Assembly (NCBI GenBank): GCA_949295935.1
Contig: CASFMW010000004.1
Coordinates: 1 to 48,442 of the forward strand
Direction: 5' to 3'
Source: an uncultured Pseudomonadota bacterium
GTDB lineage: Bacteria > Pseudomonadota > Alphaproteobacteria > RF32 > CAG-239
Length of the DNA stretch: 48,442 nucleotides
The position numbers and the translations under genes were made by a program. Each line of letters opens with the position of its first letter. Positions within the stretch are counted from its first letter, which is position 1. The notes beneath the pieces were generated by a model that was given only the letters and a program-made list of their open reading frames with translations, searched no databases and had not been told where the DNA came from. Below are positions 18,838 to 29,323 of this stretch, piece after piece.

Positions 18838-21075
18838 TTATTCTTCTTTCAAGAACTTGTTGCTCTTAGGGAAGCCGAAAGGTGCTAATTTTCCAATCTG
18901 GGCACGGTGACCAAGCCAGGTCAGCAAGTCTGTTTCGGTCTTGGTTCCGCCGGCTCGCGTATAAGTAAATCCTTCGGCCTCTTTGAAAATTTGCAAATCC
19001 GACAGGCCACCATCTTTGTATTTTTGCAAAGTAACGCCGCGACCTCTAGCCATGGTCGGAATTTCTTCAATCTTAAAGACCAACAACTTACGGTTTTCGC
19101 CGATAATGGCGATCATATCGCCGGTTATCTTACGGCAGAAGCGTGCAACCTCACCTTCTGCGACATTCATTATCTTACGACCGTTTTTGGTCTGGGCCAA
19201 TATATGATTTTCATCAACGACAAAGCCGCGACCGATATTAGATGCAATCACATAGCTGGCTCCGGGTTCAAAAACAAACATAGCGCAGACAGAATCCGAT
19301 ATACCTAAATCTATCATTAAGCGCAAAGGCTGACCAAAGCCGCGACCACTCGGAATTTCATTGGCGGCAATAGTATAAAATTTTCCGGCTGTATCAAAAA
19401 TTATAATTTTATCAGTCGTTTGGGCGTGAATTGCGACTTGCAAAGCATCATCGTCTTTGAACTTAAAGTCTTCATTCAAGTCGACATAGCCTTTTAGGCA
19501 TCTAATCCAACCTTTTTGTGATAAAATTATCGTAATCGGTTCTTTTTCAATAATTGCTTCGAGCGGAACTTCCACATCTTCCGAAACTTCAGCAAACTCT
19601 GTGCGGCGGCGTCCTAAAGCCGTCTTTTTGCCAAACTTTTCTTTAATCTGCTTTATTTCTCCTGCGATAGCCTCCCAGCGTTTGACCTCGCTGCCGATAA
19701 GTTCTTCAAGTTGTTCCTTTTCGGCGCTTAAGTCATTGTATTCTTCACGAATTTCTTCTTCTTCCAGTTTACGGAGCGAACGCAATTTCATATTTAATAT
19801 GGCTTCCGCCTGATTTTCGGTCAGTCCGAAACGAGCCATCATAACGCCTTTGGAGTCATCTTCTTCGCGGATTATTCTGATGATTTCATCCAAATTCAGA
19901 TATGCAATCAAATATCCCGACAGAATTTCCAATCGTGCATTTATCTTGTCCAAACGGTATTTAACGCGCCTTTGTAAAACAATATGTCTATGATCCAAAA
20001 ATTCACGCAAAACCTGTTTGATGTCCATGACATGCGGCACACCTTCATGGTCTAACACATTCATATTCATACTAAAACGTGTTTCCAAATCTGTCTGTCG
20101 GAACAAATGCTCCATAAGCAGATTTGCATCAACCGTTCTGTTCTTTGGCTCGAGAACTATTCTAATGTCCTGCGCTGATTCATCTCTGACATCGGACAAT
20201 AACGGAACTTTTTTATCAAACAAAAGTTCAGCTATTTTTTCAATTAATTTTGATTTTATAACCTGATAAGGGATTTCTTTAACAACAATTTGATATTGCC
20301 CGTGGCCTAAATCTTCTGTTTTCCACTTGGCTCTGATACGGAAAAAACCTCTTCCCTGTTTGTAATTATTCAAAATCGTTTCAAACTTGTCGATGATTAT
20401 GCCTCCGGTCGGAAAATCAGGACCTTTGATGCGTCTGACAAGCGGTTCTATTTCACAATCAGGATTTTCAATTAAATAAAGAAGTGCATCACAAACTTCA
20501 CTCAGATTATGCGGCGGGATATTAGTAGCCATACCAACGGCAATACCGGTTGAACCATTGCAGAGCAAATTTGGCACCATTGAGGGCATAACAACCGGCT
20601 CTTCTTCTTCTCCATCATAAGTTTCTCTGAAATCAACGGCGTTTTCGTTCAGTCCCTCCATTAAGGCCATGGCGAATTCGGTCAATCTGGCTTCGGTATA
20701 ACGCATGGCAGCCGCACCGTCACCATCAATATTACCAAAGTTTCCTTGTCCATCAACCAGCGGATAGCGCACTGAAAAATCTTGTGCTAATCTGACCATT
20801 GCACCATAAACAGCCGTATCGCCATGCGGGTGATATTTACCGATGACATCACCGACTACTCTGGCGCATTTCTTGAATCCGGATTTGGGATCAAGGTGCA
20901 ACTGTCTCATGGCAAACAGCAAGCGGCGGTGAACCGGCTTTAATCCATCACGAACATCAGGAAGAGAACGCGAAACTATTGTCGACATTGCATAAGACAA
21001 GTAGCGGCTACTTAACTCTTCAGCCAAGTGAACACTTTTTATTTTTTCTTCTGTTTCAATAGGTTGTTCTGTCAT
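18838..21075 (-). CDS. parC: DNA topoisomerase IV subunit A
   Basis: [29 protein letters not shown]; 745 aa with short CTD and no GyrA box; follows recO. Confidence 0.96.
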   Translation of the reverse strand: MTEQPIETEEKIKSVHLAEELSSRYLSYAMSTIVSRSLPDVRDGLKPVHRRLLFAMRQLHLDPKSGFKKCARVVGDVIGKYHPHGDTAVYGAMVRLAQDFSVRYPLVDGQGNFGNIDGDGAAAMRYTEARLTEFAMALMEGLNENAVDFRETYDGEEEEPVVMPSMVPNLLCNGSTGIAVGMATNIPPHNLSEVCDALLYLIENPDCEIEPLVRRIKGPDFPTGGIIIDKFETILNNYKQGRGFFRIRAKWKTEDLGHGQYQIVVKEIPYQVIKSKLIEKIAELLFDKKVPLLSDVRDESAQDIRIVLEPKNRTVDANLLMEHLFRQTDLETRFSMNMNVLDHEGVPHVMDIKQVLREFLDHRHIVLQRRVKYRLDKINARLEILSGYLIAYLNLDEIIRIIREEDDSKGVMMARFGLTENQAEAILNMKLRSLRKLEEEEIREEYNDLSAEKEQLEELIGSEVKRWEAIAGEIKQIKEKFGKKTALGRRRTEFAEVSEDVEVPLEAIIEKEPITIILSQKGWIRCLKGYVDLNEDFKFKDDDALQVAIHAQTTDKIIIFDTAGKFYTIAANEIPSGRGFGQPLRLMIDLGISDSVCAMFVFEPGASYVIASNIGRGFVVDENHILAQTKNGRKIMNVAEGEVARFCRKITGDMIAIIGENRKLLVFKIEEIPTMARGRGVTLQKYKDGGLSDLQIFKEAEGFTYTRAGGTKTETDLLTWLGHRAQIGKLAPFGFPKSNKFLKEE

Positions 21076-21095
21076 CTTAATATTCGCTTCGTTAA

Positions 21096-21812
21096 TTAAA
21101 GTTGCATAATATGTCGCAAATTAGCACGGTTTTCAGGAAATTTCAAGCCATGCACTTGAAAAAAATTTTTATTTAGGAAAAACTCCGTAAGCTTAAGAAC
21201 TTCCGCAATCTCTTGAGGTTTAGGATTTTCTTTCTTTTCAACAACATAGCTCGGATAAAGAAATAACCTGTCGGCATAAGGCGCTCCGGCTGTGGCACTA
21301 ACTGCTTTTCCGCTTTTCGGAGAAACATATTTTAAGTTTTCGTGACTTCCGGTTACGGCACATTCACTCAAGTCCAAGCCTATTCCAAGATACTCTAAAA
21401 GATAAAATTCAAAGTAAGAATAATATGTTTTCCAATTATCTTCAAGTATATTATTAAAAAAGTTTTCTATCGTATTATAAAACAATCCTATGTTGTCTTT
21501 TTCAGGCAAGCAAGTGTTGCATAACTCGCATAAGGCGCCTAAAGCAGAGAGCTTGGCCTCGTCTGTCATAAAATTTACGGCCTCGGCCCTTAGCAAATCA
21601 ACATGAAAGCTATATAAATTTTCTTCCAGACGAGCATAGGCATTTAAACTTACGCAATTACCAAGTTGATATATCCCATTTTTTTTCGTACTGAAGGCAT
21701 TTTTTACATAGCCGCTTATTTTGCCGTTTGAGCGGGTTAATACTGTTAATATTAACCCGCTTTCTCCATGTCGGCACGTGTTTGTAATGTATCCTTCGTC
21801 GGAAAATCGCAT
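21096..21812 (-). CDS. recO: DNA repair protein RecO
   Basis: [26 protein letters not shown]...[11 protein letters not shown] (alphaproteobacterial RecO). Confidence 0.93.
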   Translation of the reverse strand: MRFSDEGYITNTCRHGESGLILTVLTRSNGKISGYVKNAFSTKKNGIYQLGNCVSLNAYARLEENLYSFHVDLLRAEAVNFMTDEAKLSALGALCELCNTCLPEKDNIGLFYNTIENFFNNILEDNWKTYYSYFEFYLLEYLGIGLDLSECAVTGSHENLKYVSPKSGKAVSATAGAPYADRLFLYPSYVVEKKENPKPQEIAEVLKLTEFFLNKNFFQVHGLKFPENRANLRHIMQL

Positions 21813-22666
21813 ATTTTTTTATTCTCAATTTCCATAAAGTGTTTTGTCAGTTGGTCATAAGCTTGCAATTCACTTAATACGCGTTTCATATCGTGTAACG
21901 GTATCATATTAGGTCCATCTGATAAAGCCTTATCTGGATTGTCATGCGTTTCTATAAATACAGCAGCGACACCTACCGCGACAGCAGCGCGGGCAAGTAC
22001 AGGAGCATATTCTCGTTGTCCGCCAGAGCTTCCTCCTAAGCCTCCTGGCTGCTGTACAGAATGGGTTGCATCAAATATTATCGGACATCCGGTATCTTTT
22101 GCCATACGAGGCAATCCTCTAAAATCTGTTACAAGTGTATTATAGCCAAAGCTAGCACCTCTTTCAGTTACACAGACATTCATATTGCCGCTGTCTTCTG
22201 ATTTTTTGACAATATTCTTCATATCCCAAGGCGCTAAGAACTGCCCTTTTTTAATATTGACGACTTTGCCTGTTTTAGCAGCCGCAACTACCAAATCTGT
22301 TTGTCTGCACAAAAAGGCTGGAATTTGAAGCATATCAACATATGGTGCAACAATTGCACACTGTTCTTTTTCGTGAATATCGGTTACTATTGGAACATGA
22401 TTATATAATTTTTTAATTTCGTCAAATGTTCTTAAACCTTCTTCCAGCCCCACTCCTCTCGGACCATCGATTGATGTTCGATTAGCTTTGTCAAAAGATG
22501 CCTTGAATACATAATTCATGCCTAATGACTTTGTGATTTCAATCATGCTTCCAGCCATATCAATAGCGTGTTGACGGCTCTCTATTTGGCAAGGCCCTGC
22601 CAATATAGCCATAGGAAGATTGTTTGCAATTTCAAAATTACCAATTTTTATCTTTCTTTGTTCCAT
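21752..22666 (-). CDS. kdsA: KDO8P synthase (metal-dependent type) with a C-terminal extension running into recO
   Basis: [50 protein letters not shown]; start 22666 after SD AAGGA (ORF track starts at 22684). Confidence 0.96.
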   Translation of the reverse strand: MEQRKIKIGNFEIANNLPMAILAGPCQIESRQHAIDMAGSMIEITKSLGMNYVFKASFDKANRTSIDGPRGVGLEEGLRTFDEIKKLYNHVPIVTDIHEKEQCAIVAPYVDMLQIPAFLCRQTDLVVAAAKTGKVVNIKKGQFLAPWDMKNIVKKSEDSGNMNVCVTERGASFGYNTLVTDFRGLPRMAKDTGCPIIFDATHSVQQPGGLGGSSGGQREYAPVLARAAVAVGVAAVFIETHDNPDKALSDGPNMIPLHDMKRVLSELQAYDQLTKHFMEIENKKICDFPTKDTLQTRADMEKAG

Positions 22667-22725
22667 TGTATTGTCCTTTTTCATTTCGACGTTTAACTTT
22701 TATATCAAAAAAATTTTTTGTCAAC

Positions 22726-22755
22726 AAAAAAACAGGGGTTTCCCCCTGTTTTTTT
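22726..22755. terminator. Intrinsic terminator (bidirectional form)
   Basis: A7-CAGGGG-TTTC-CCCCTG-T7 directly after the stop of 22754..23494; GAAA loop on the minus strand. Confidence 0.85.
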
Positions 22756-23494
22756 AAATCTCATACAGAAGTCCAAGCTTCGGTAAATGTTCTGCAATAA
22801 GTGTGTTTATTGTTTGAGTTGCATCTACAGATTGAGCTTTATTTTCAGAAAAGTGTTCTCGCAAAAATCTTTTCCAATCAGCTACATCTGTCTGATGTTG
22901 ATTTCTTCTGAGGAATATTTCCATTCCACAATCTACGTAATAAATAGCTAAATCACCATCATAAATTCGAACCTCTTCTTCCGGTATTGTGTAAATATCA
23001 GTTGAGGTTGAGATGTTTTCTTTAGCATGAATCACTCGATGCTGCGGAACAAACAACAAATTTCGACTACTATCCATCTCGTCGAGTTCTTCGTCATCGA
23101 TTATTGCGGCTACTTTTGCACCCAATCGCTCTAGCATTTGCTTGGCAGCCAGGCTGTCTTTTCTTTTTTCGGTAGCATGGTGCTGCACGATGACTATTTC
23201 AGCCTTTTCTCCATACAAACGTTGTATTTCACGCTGGGCATAGACTGCATATACTCCGGAGACTAGCGCGTCGCCATAGACTATCAGATATTTGTAATTT
23301 TTGATTTTTCCTGACGGATCGCTTTGCTGTTGTTCCAGAACCTGAAGAAACTTGCTTTTTACATCTTCCTGCGGGATATTCTTCAGTTCCTTTAGATAAT
23401 CTCCTGAATAATCTGAAGACTCATAGCATTTTTTCTCTATCGGGAAAAGGTGTTTCATTTGTTCAAGCATTGTTGCTAATGTTCTTTTTTCCAT
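22754..23494 (-). CDS. Hypothetical protein (ORFan-like)
   Basis: 246-aa ORF with its own candidate promoter and terminator; no recognised motif. Confidence 0.7.
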   Translation of the reverse strand: MEKRTLATMLEQMKHLFPIEKKCYESSDYSGDYLKELKNIPQEDVKSKFLQVLEQQQSDPSGKIKNYKYLIVYGDALVSGVYAVYAQREIQRLYGEKAEIVIVQHHATEKRKDSLAAKQMLERLGAKVAAIIDDEELDEMDSSRNLLFVPQHRVIHAKENISTSTDIYTIPEEEVRIYDGDLAIYYVDCGMEIFLRRNQHQTDVADWKRFLREHFSENKAQSVDATQTINTLIAEHLPKLGLLYEI

Positions 23495-23513
23495 AATCTT
23501 AATATAAAATAAT

Positions 23514-23569
23514 TAGACATAGTGATAATTAAACACTATGTCTATAGCTCTTTATTTATTTTTAATCAA
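23514..23569 (-). promoter_or_regulatory. Candidate sigma70 promoter overlapped by a perfect 11-bp inverted repeat
   Basis: Minus strand TTGATT-17-TATAGA (23569-23541); IR TAGACATAGTG-N9-CACTATGTCTA (23514-23544). Confidence 0.45.
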
Positions 23570-23576
23570 GCAAAAT

Positions 23577-24176
23577 TTAATTTATTCGGAACCTAAACCA
23601 CGAAAACAGGACGTTTCCATCATTTTTGATACCTGGAACATAGGCTGCTTGCAAGGCAAATCTTCCGTATTCAATGCCTGCTATCGGCAGTGGCAGAGGT
23701 ACAGGAATATAACTGTATTCATGACGTTGGGTGACGCCAACCGTAAAACCTAACCCTACTCTGAAGTCTCGATTGCAATTTACAAACCAGTTTTTTTGAT
23801 AAGCATAGCCAAACATTGTTTCCAGATAAGAGTTGGAATCCTTAAAGGCGATGGCGTATAAGCCGTGCCAATCACCGTCTTTATCATAACGATATTTTCC
23901 TATTCCTAATCCCCAAGCTTCTTCATTATATTTTTCAATATGCTCATCATCGTAAGCTAATCTATTGTGCCAAGCATAAAAAGGCACATATAGGTCATAA
24001 GTATCTGATTGCCATGTTTCGGATACATTATATTTTGCTTTATTCCAGAGATTTTCTCTGCCTTGCTCCGTGAACGGATTTAGCGTATCTTCTGTAGCAA
24101 CTTCTTCAGCTTGAGCTTTTGGCAAAAAGCCCAACATTATTAACATCAAAACAACAGCAAATTTTGATTTTTTCAT
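23577..24176 (-). CDS. pagP: Lipid A acyl (palmitoyl) transferase PagP/CrcA
   Basis: Signal peptide; YDLYVPFYAWHNRLAY, YNEEAWGLGIGK, GDWHGLYAIAFKDS, YIPVPLPLP, YVPG...GNVLF; catalytic His/Asp/Ser conserved. Confidence 0.93.
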   Translation of the reverse strand: MKKSKFAVVLMLIMLGFLPKAQAEEVATEDTLNPFTEQGRENLWNKAKYNVSETWQSDTYDLYVPFYAWHNRLAYDDEHIEKYNEEAWGLGIGKYRYDKDGDWHGLYAIAFKDSNSYLETMFGYAYQKNWFVNCNRDFRVGLGFTVGVTQRHEYSYIPVPLPLPIAGIEYGRFALQAAYVPGIKNDGNVLFSWFRFRIN

Positions 24177-24250
24177 TTTTACCTTCTTTTTTATACCCCT
24201 ATTTTTGTTTTTATTTATCAGATATTTTTTTCTTTAGCAACAGCTTAAAT

Positions 24251-24290
24251 AAGAAAAATGCCTACATCTTTCGATATAGGCATTTTCTCT
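24251..24290 (-). terminator. Intrinsic terminator after pyrG
   Basis: AAAATGCCTA...TAGGCATTTT stem (24255-24286) with T-rich tails on both strands. Confidence 0.7.
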
Positions 24291-24305
24291 TTTTCTTTCA
24301 AGCAA

Positions 24306-25973
24306 TTATATCAATCTACTGTTGTTAATTGATGCTTTTACGAAAGATACAAATAACGGATGTGGTGCCAAAGGTCTTGACTTTAATTCCGGATGGAATT
24401 GTACACCGATAAACCATGGGTGATCCTTTATTTCTACGATTTCAGGAAGTTTACCGTCCGGTGAGCGTCCTGTTATGCTCATGCCACTTTTGTTTAATAC
24501 GCTTTCGTACTTCATATTAACTTCATAGCGATGACGGTGTCTTTCTGAAATTTTATTGCTGCCATATATTTGGGCTACTTTTGAACCACTTTCAAGTTCG
24601 CATTCATATGCGCCCAATCTCATGGTGCCACCTAAATCTCCGTCTTTATGACGGATTTGCTTGGCACCATCTTTATCCCACTCGGTCATTAAGCCGACAA
24701 CAGCTTCGCAATCCGGAGAAAATTCTGTTGTTCCGGCATTTTTTATACCGGCAACATCTCTCATTGTTTCAATAACAGCCATTTGCATTCCGAAGCAGAT
24801 TCCTAAGAATGGAACTTTATTTTCTCTGGCATATTTGATGGCTTTTATTTTTCCTTCCGTTCCGCGTTGACCAAATCCTCCGGGGACCAAGATGCCGCTA
24901 ACATCACTTAATTCAGCTTCTGCATCTTCTCCTTCGAGTTTTTCGGAATCAATCCATTTGATTTTCACTTTATAATTATTAGCAATACCACCATGGACAA
25001 GCGCTTCGTTCAGAGACTTATAAGCCTCAAGTAACTGTGTGTATTTTCCGACAACGCCGATTGTGACCGTTCCTTCCGGATTTTTCAAAACATTTACGAT
25101 ATGTTCCCATTTGCTTAAATCTGCTGCCGGAACATCTTTCAAGCCAAAATAACGGCAGACTGCATCGTCCATTCCTTCTTTTGAATAATTTATCGGAACT
25201 TCATAGATACTGCTTGCATCTAAAGCTGCAATTACATTTTCTTCCCGAACATTACAGAATAATGCGATTTTTCTTTTTTCATTTTCGGGAATCTGTATCG
25301 GGCTGCGGCACAAAATCATATCCGGCTGGATACCATATTCTTGCAACTGTTTAACCGAGTGCTGGGTTGGCTTGGTTTTTAACTCTCCGGCAGCTCCGAT
25401 ATAAGGCAACAGTGTGACATGGATAAACATAATTCTTTCTCTGCCCAATTCATAAGCGAGCTGTCTTATGGCCTCCAAGTAAGGTTGTCCTTCGATATCA
25501 CCGACTGTTCCCCCGATTTCACACAGAACAAAATCTTCGTCAGTAATATCTGATAAGATAAAATCTTTGATTTCATTTGTAACATGAGGAACTACTTGAA
25601 TGGTCGCGCCTAAGTAATCACCATGACGCTCTTTATCTATTACTCTTTGATAAATAATTCCGGTGGTCACGCTATCTGCTCTTTTGGCAGGAACTCCCGA
25701 AAAACGCTCATAGTGTCCTAAGTCTAAGTCTGCTTCCGTACCGTCATCGGTTACGAAAACCTCACCATGTTGGTATGGGCTCATGGTTCCGGGGTCAACA
25801 TTCAGATAAGGATCCAGCTTGCGCAGTCTTACCTTAAAACCTCTGGACTGTAAAACAGTTGCCAGAGATGCCGAGGCTAACCCTTTTCCCAGAGACGAAA
25901 CCACACCGCCGGTGATAAAGATAAACTTGGCTTTATTTGATAAAATATTTTTGATTTTTTCGTTGATTGTCAT
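24306..25973 (-). CDS. pyrG: CTP synthase
   Basis: [34 protein letters not shown]. Confidence 0.98.
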   Translation of the reverse strand: MTINEKIKNILSNKAKFIFITGGVVSSLGKGLASASLATVLQSRGFKVRLRKLDPYLNVDPGTMSPYQHGEVFVTDDGTEADLDLGHYERFSGVPAKRADSVTTGIIYQRVIDKERHGDYLGATIQVVPHVTNEIKDFILSDITDEDFVLCEIGGTVGDIEGQPYLEAIRQLAYELGRERIMFIHVTLLPYIGAAGELKTKPTQHSVKQLQEYGIQPDMILCRSPIQIPENEKRKIALFCNVREENVIAALDASSIYEVPINYSKEGMDDAVCRYFGLKDVPAADLSKWEHIVNVLKNPEGTVTIGVVGKYTQLLEAYKSLNEALVHGGIANNYKVKIKWIDSEKLEGEDAEAELSDVSGILVPGGFGQRGTEGKIKAIKYARENKVPFLGICFGMQMAVIETMRDVAGIKNAGTTEFSPDCEAVVGLMTEWDKDGAKQIRHKDGDLGGTMRLGAYECELESGSKVAQIYGSNKISERHRHRYEVNMKYESVLNKSGMSITGRSPDGKLPEIVEIKDHPWFIGVQFHPELKSRPLAPHPLFVSFVKASINNSRLI

Positions 25974-25995
25974 TTCTTATTCCTGTGTTTTAAAG

Positions 25996-26031
25996 TGACA
26001 AAGGCACCTTATTTTTTCGGTGCCTTTGTTA
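25996..26031 (-). terminator. Strong hairpin between secG and pyrG (terminator or processing/stability element)
   Basis: ACAAAGGCACC-N10-GGTGCCTTTGT; weak U-tract on the minus strand. Confidence 0.5.
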
Positions 26032-26056
26032 TGTTTGTTTGATTTTTCATCTTTAA

Positions 26057-26377
26057 CTATTTTTCAGCCGTCGGAACGTTAGGAACTTCAGGCATTGTCT
26101 CTGTAGCTGCCGGCGGGGTATCAATAATTGAATTTGCCTTGCGTTCAACATTCTTATAATACAAAGACAATGAAATACTGGTGATGAAAAATATGGTTGC
26201 TAAAATGGCCGTCGTTTTGGTCAAGAAATTGCTGGTTCCTCTTGCGCTTAAAAAGTTGCTTGCGCCAGAACCGCCGCCCAAGCCATCTAATGCACCGCCG
26301 CCTGAGCGCTGCATTAAGATGAAGCAAACCAAAAAGATTGCCGTCAGCAAGTGCAATACGAGTAATACTGTTTCCAT
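26057..26377 (-). CDS. secG: Preprotein translocase subunit SecG
   Basis: ILMQRSGGG, NFLTKTTAILATIFF; two TM helices; tpiA-secG-pyrG synteny. Confidence 0.95.
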   Translation of the reverse strand: METVLLVLHLLTAIFLVCFILMQRSGGGALDGLGGGSGASNFLSARGTSNFLTKTTAILATIFFITSISLSLYYKNVERKANSIIDTPPAATETMPEVPNVPTAEK

Positions 26378-26394
26378 CTTTATTTTTCCTTATT

Positions 26395-27159
26395 TTAGCA
26401 AGCGCCAGAATTTTTGGCGATGTTAATAAAATCTTCTACTTTTAAGCTGGCGCCGCCGATTAATGCTCCGTCAACATCTTCCAGACCCAAAAGTTCCTTA
26501 GCGTTATTGGGTTTTACAGAGCCGCCGTACAAAATTCTCATGCGGTTAGCATTGCCTTTGCCCAACTTTTTAGCCAGAGTTTTACGAATTGCGGCATGAA
26601 CTTCTTCAACGTCTTTGGTGGTCGGAACTTTGCCAGTGCCGATTGCCCACACAGGTTCATATGCAATAACGGTATTTTGCCAAGTAGCACTTTCGGGAAC
26701 AGAATCTAAAATTTGACGTGTGCAAACATCAAGAGCTTTTCCGGCATCTCTTTCGGCCAAAGTTTCACCAACGCAGATGATGGCTTTAAGGCCTTGACCA
26801 TAAGCAGCCTGAGCCTTAGCATTAACCAACTCACTGCTTTCGCCATGATCGGCTCTTCTTTCAGAGTGTCCGAGAATCACATACTGACATCCGCAATCTT
26901 TTAACATTACCGGACTAATGTCACCGGTATGAGCGCCCTTCTCTGCTATGTGGCAATCTTGTGCACCAAGAGCAACTTTTGAGCCTCTTAACGCCTTTTT
27001 AATCGTGGTTAACAAAGTAAACGGCGGGCAGACCAAAAATTCGCATTGAGGTTTACCCATCTTTTTTACTTCTTCGGCAACGCCTTTTGCAAGGGCTGCA
27101 CCATCCGCCAATAAGCCGTTCATCTTCCAATTTCCGGCAATAAGCATTTTTCTAGCCAT
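26395..27159 (-). CDS. tpiA: Triosephosphate isomerase
   Basis: AGNWKMN, GHSERR, AYEPVWAIGTG, YGGSVKP, GGASL; start ATG 27159 after SD AAGGA. Confidence 0.98.
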   Translation of the reverse strand: MARKMLIAGNWKMNGLLADGAALAKGVAEEVKKMGKPQCEFLVCPPFTLLTTIKKALRGSKVALGAQDCHIAEKGAHTGDISPVMLKDCGCQYVILGHSERRADHGESSELVNAKAQAAYGQGLKAIICVGETLAERDAGKALDVCTRQILDSVPESATWQNTVIAYEPVWAIGTGKVPTTKDVEEVHAAIRKTLAKKLGKGNANRMRILYGGSVKPNNAKELLGLEDVDGALIGGASLKVEDFINIAKNSGAC

Positions 27160-27343
27160 GTGTTTTTTCCTTCTTCTTTTATCTATGATTGTGTGTTCTA
27201 TCACATCTTTTTTTTATTTTCCAGTAAAAAAATCGTTTGTTCTACTATATTTGTTGTGAACGCTTCTTTATTTTGTGTTGAAGATTGTTGCTTTTTATAT
27301 TAGAGTCTTTCCAGTTTATTTTATTGTATAGGATTTTAATGCC

Positions 27344-29209
27344 ATGATGAGCAAAATTAGAAAAATGCAAGACAGTTGGGTTGCTAAAAGTATTTTTATC
27401 CTTACTGCGCTTAGCTTTATGTCGTTATTTGGAATTTCGGGTTATATTTACAATGCAGGTCAGAATCGGACTGTTATTAAAGTTGATGATATTGAAATTT
27501 CGCAAGGTGAAGTTTCTTTTATGTATGAAAAAGAGCTTGCCAATGCACGCAAAATGTTTGGTGACAACCTCGAAATTAATGACTCAATCAAAAGCACTTT
27601 GCTTCTTGGTATAGTTCAACGCGAAGTTGCTGATGCTATTTTGCAAACAACTGCTCAGAAAAATAATATTGTTATCGGAGATGAGCTTATTCGCAAGATT
27701 ATTTATTCTCAAAACGAATTTATGAATGCTCAAGGCCAGTTTGACCGCAACCGCTTTAATTTGATGTTGTCTGCAACGGGGTGGACTGAGCAAGAATACA
27801 TTCAAGCTTTACGCTCTGATGTTTTGCGCCAAATGTTGGTTCAGAATCCGGTCAGAAGAATTGAGGTTCCTGCTTTTCTGACAGATTGGCTCGGAAAAAT
27901 CGAAAATCAACAACGCGTTTTCTCTTATGTTAAAATCGTTCCGCAGAAGCTCACCATTACTCGCAATATTTCTGATGACGAAGTCGAACAGTATTACAGC
28001 GATTTTGCTGAGAACTTTATGGCTCCAGAAAAACGCGATATTTCTTACTTTACGCTTTCTTCAGAAGATATTGCCGAGGCTTATAATCCGTCTAAAGAAG
28101 AAATAAACTCCTATTATCAGCAAAATATCTCTTTGTTTGAAACACCGGAAAAGCGTGATGTTTTGCAGATGGTATTTGATTCTGAAGAAACGGCTCAGAA
28201 GGCCAGCAGTGAGTTAGCTTCCGGTACAGATTTCTTTGCTGTTGCAAAATCTTTGGCTCAGCAGACTTCTCAAGACACAAAGCTAGGCGCTGTTTCTAAA
28301 GATATGCTTCTGGCGGATGTGGCTGATGATGTGTTCTCTGCCCCGCTTAATAAAGTTATCGGACCTATTAAATCAGAATTCGGATGGCATATTTTCAAAG
28401 TTACTGCCGTTACTCCGGCCGAAAAAATGAATCGCAAAGAAGCAGACAAAAAAGCAGCTGAAGCTATCCGCAAAGAAAAGGCTTATGATACAGCTTATGA
28501 ATTTGCAAATTCTATCGAAGATAAAATCGGGGCCGGTCAGAGTTTTGATCTGATTGCTAAAAATCTCGGAGTTAAAATTACTTCCGTAAAAGGGCTGGCT
28601 GAAGACGGTTCTTATAACGGTTCCTCTTCAAAACTTTCTACGGATTTGGTTGATACAGCATTTTCTTATAATGTTGGTGAAATCAGCCAAGTTATTGAAA
28701 CAGACACCGGTTATGCAGTTTTGACCGTTAACAGCATTGTTGAATCTCATCTTTTACCACTTGAGGAAATTCGTCCTCAACTCGTTAAAATCTGGGAAAA
28801 TAATGAGCGCGACGCTCTTGCTCAAGAGATGATTAACGACATTACCTCTAATCTTGAAAACGGTGAGAAAATATCTGATGTTGCTGCTCGTCTGGGACTG
28901 AGGCTCTATGTTTCAAAACCAATCAAGAAGTCAGAAAGCTTTGAAATGATGCCGTCTTCTCAGATTGCTGAATTGTTCCAAGAAGAGCCTGGAACACCTC
29001 ACCTTTTTGATAATGGTGAGGCTAAAATTATTGCTGTTACCTCTGAGGTGGTTAAAGATACGCACAAACTTACTCAGCAGGAAAAGGCCGATATCCGCAA
29101 CAAAGTTCGTAATGAACTGGTTGCCGAAGCAGCCGAAACTCTGACCCAGAGTTATGCTCAAGGCTATGATGTTCGGGTTAAGTACAAGCTCCTCGGCTTG
29201 GCTGACTAA
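27344..29209 (+). CDS. ppiD: PpiD-like periplasmic chaperone (SurA N-terminal + parvulin rotamase)
   Basis: N-terminal TM, GQFDRNRF, FMAPEKR, GPIKSEFGWHIFKV; divergent from tpiA, as is usual in alphaproteobacteria. Confidence 0.88.
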   Translation: MMSKIRKMQDSWVAKSIFILTALSFMSLFGISGYIYNAGQNRTVIKVDDIEISQGEVSFMYEKELANARKMFGDNLEINDSIKSTLLLGIVQREVADAILQTTAQKNNIVIGDELIRKIIYSQNEFMNAQGQFDRNRFNLMLSATGWTEQEYIQALRSDVLRQMLVQNPVRRIEVPAFLTDWLGKIENQQRVFSYVKIVPQKLTITRNISDDEVEQYYSDFAENFMAPEKRDISYFTLSSEDIAEAYNPSKEEINSYYQQNISLFETPEKRDVLQMVFDSEETAQKASSELASGTDFFAVAKSLAQQTSQDTKLGAVSKDMLLADVADDVFSAPLNKVIGPIKSEFGWHIFKVTAVTPAEKMNRKEADKKAAEAIRKEKAYDTAYEFANSIEDKIGAGQSFDLIAKNLGVKITSVKGLAEDGSYNGSSSKLSTDLVDTAFSYNVGEISQVIETDTGYAVLTVNSIVESHLLPLEEIRPQLVKIWENNERDALAQEMINDITSNLENGEKISDVAARLGLRLYVSKPIKKSESFEMMPSSQIAELFQEEPGTPHLFDNGEAKIIAVTSEVVKDTHKLTQQEKADIRNKVRNELVAEAAETLTQSYAQGYDVRVKYKLLGLAD

Positions 29210-29227
29210 TTAAGTTGATATCGCTCT

Positions 29228-29263
29228 AATCCGCTTTTGAGTTTTCAAAGGCGGATTTTTTTT
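29228..29263 (+). terminator. Intrinsic terminator of ppiD
   Basis: AATCCGCTTTTGA-GTTT-TCAAAGGCGGATT followed by a T-run. Confidence 0.8.
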
Positions 29264-29272
29264 ATAACCATC

Positions 29273-29305
29273 AAAAAAAACAGCCCGATTTGCTCGGGCT
29301 GTTTT
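29273..29305 (-). terminator. Intrinsic terminator of clpPX
   Basis: A8-CAGCCCGA-TTTGC-TCGGGCTG-TTTT. Confidence 0.85.
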
Positions 29306-29323
29306 AGTTTTAGCTTATTGCTT

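Noticed and set aside
25974-26056. pyrG attenuator controlled by reiterative transcription
   Set aside because: A hairpin is present, but I could not identify the GGGC start or the C/U-rich antiterminator partner of the Bacillus-type mechanism.
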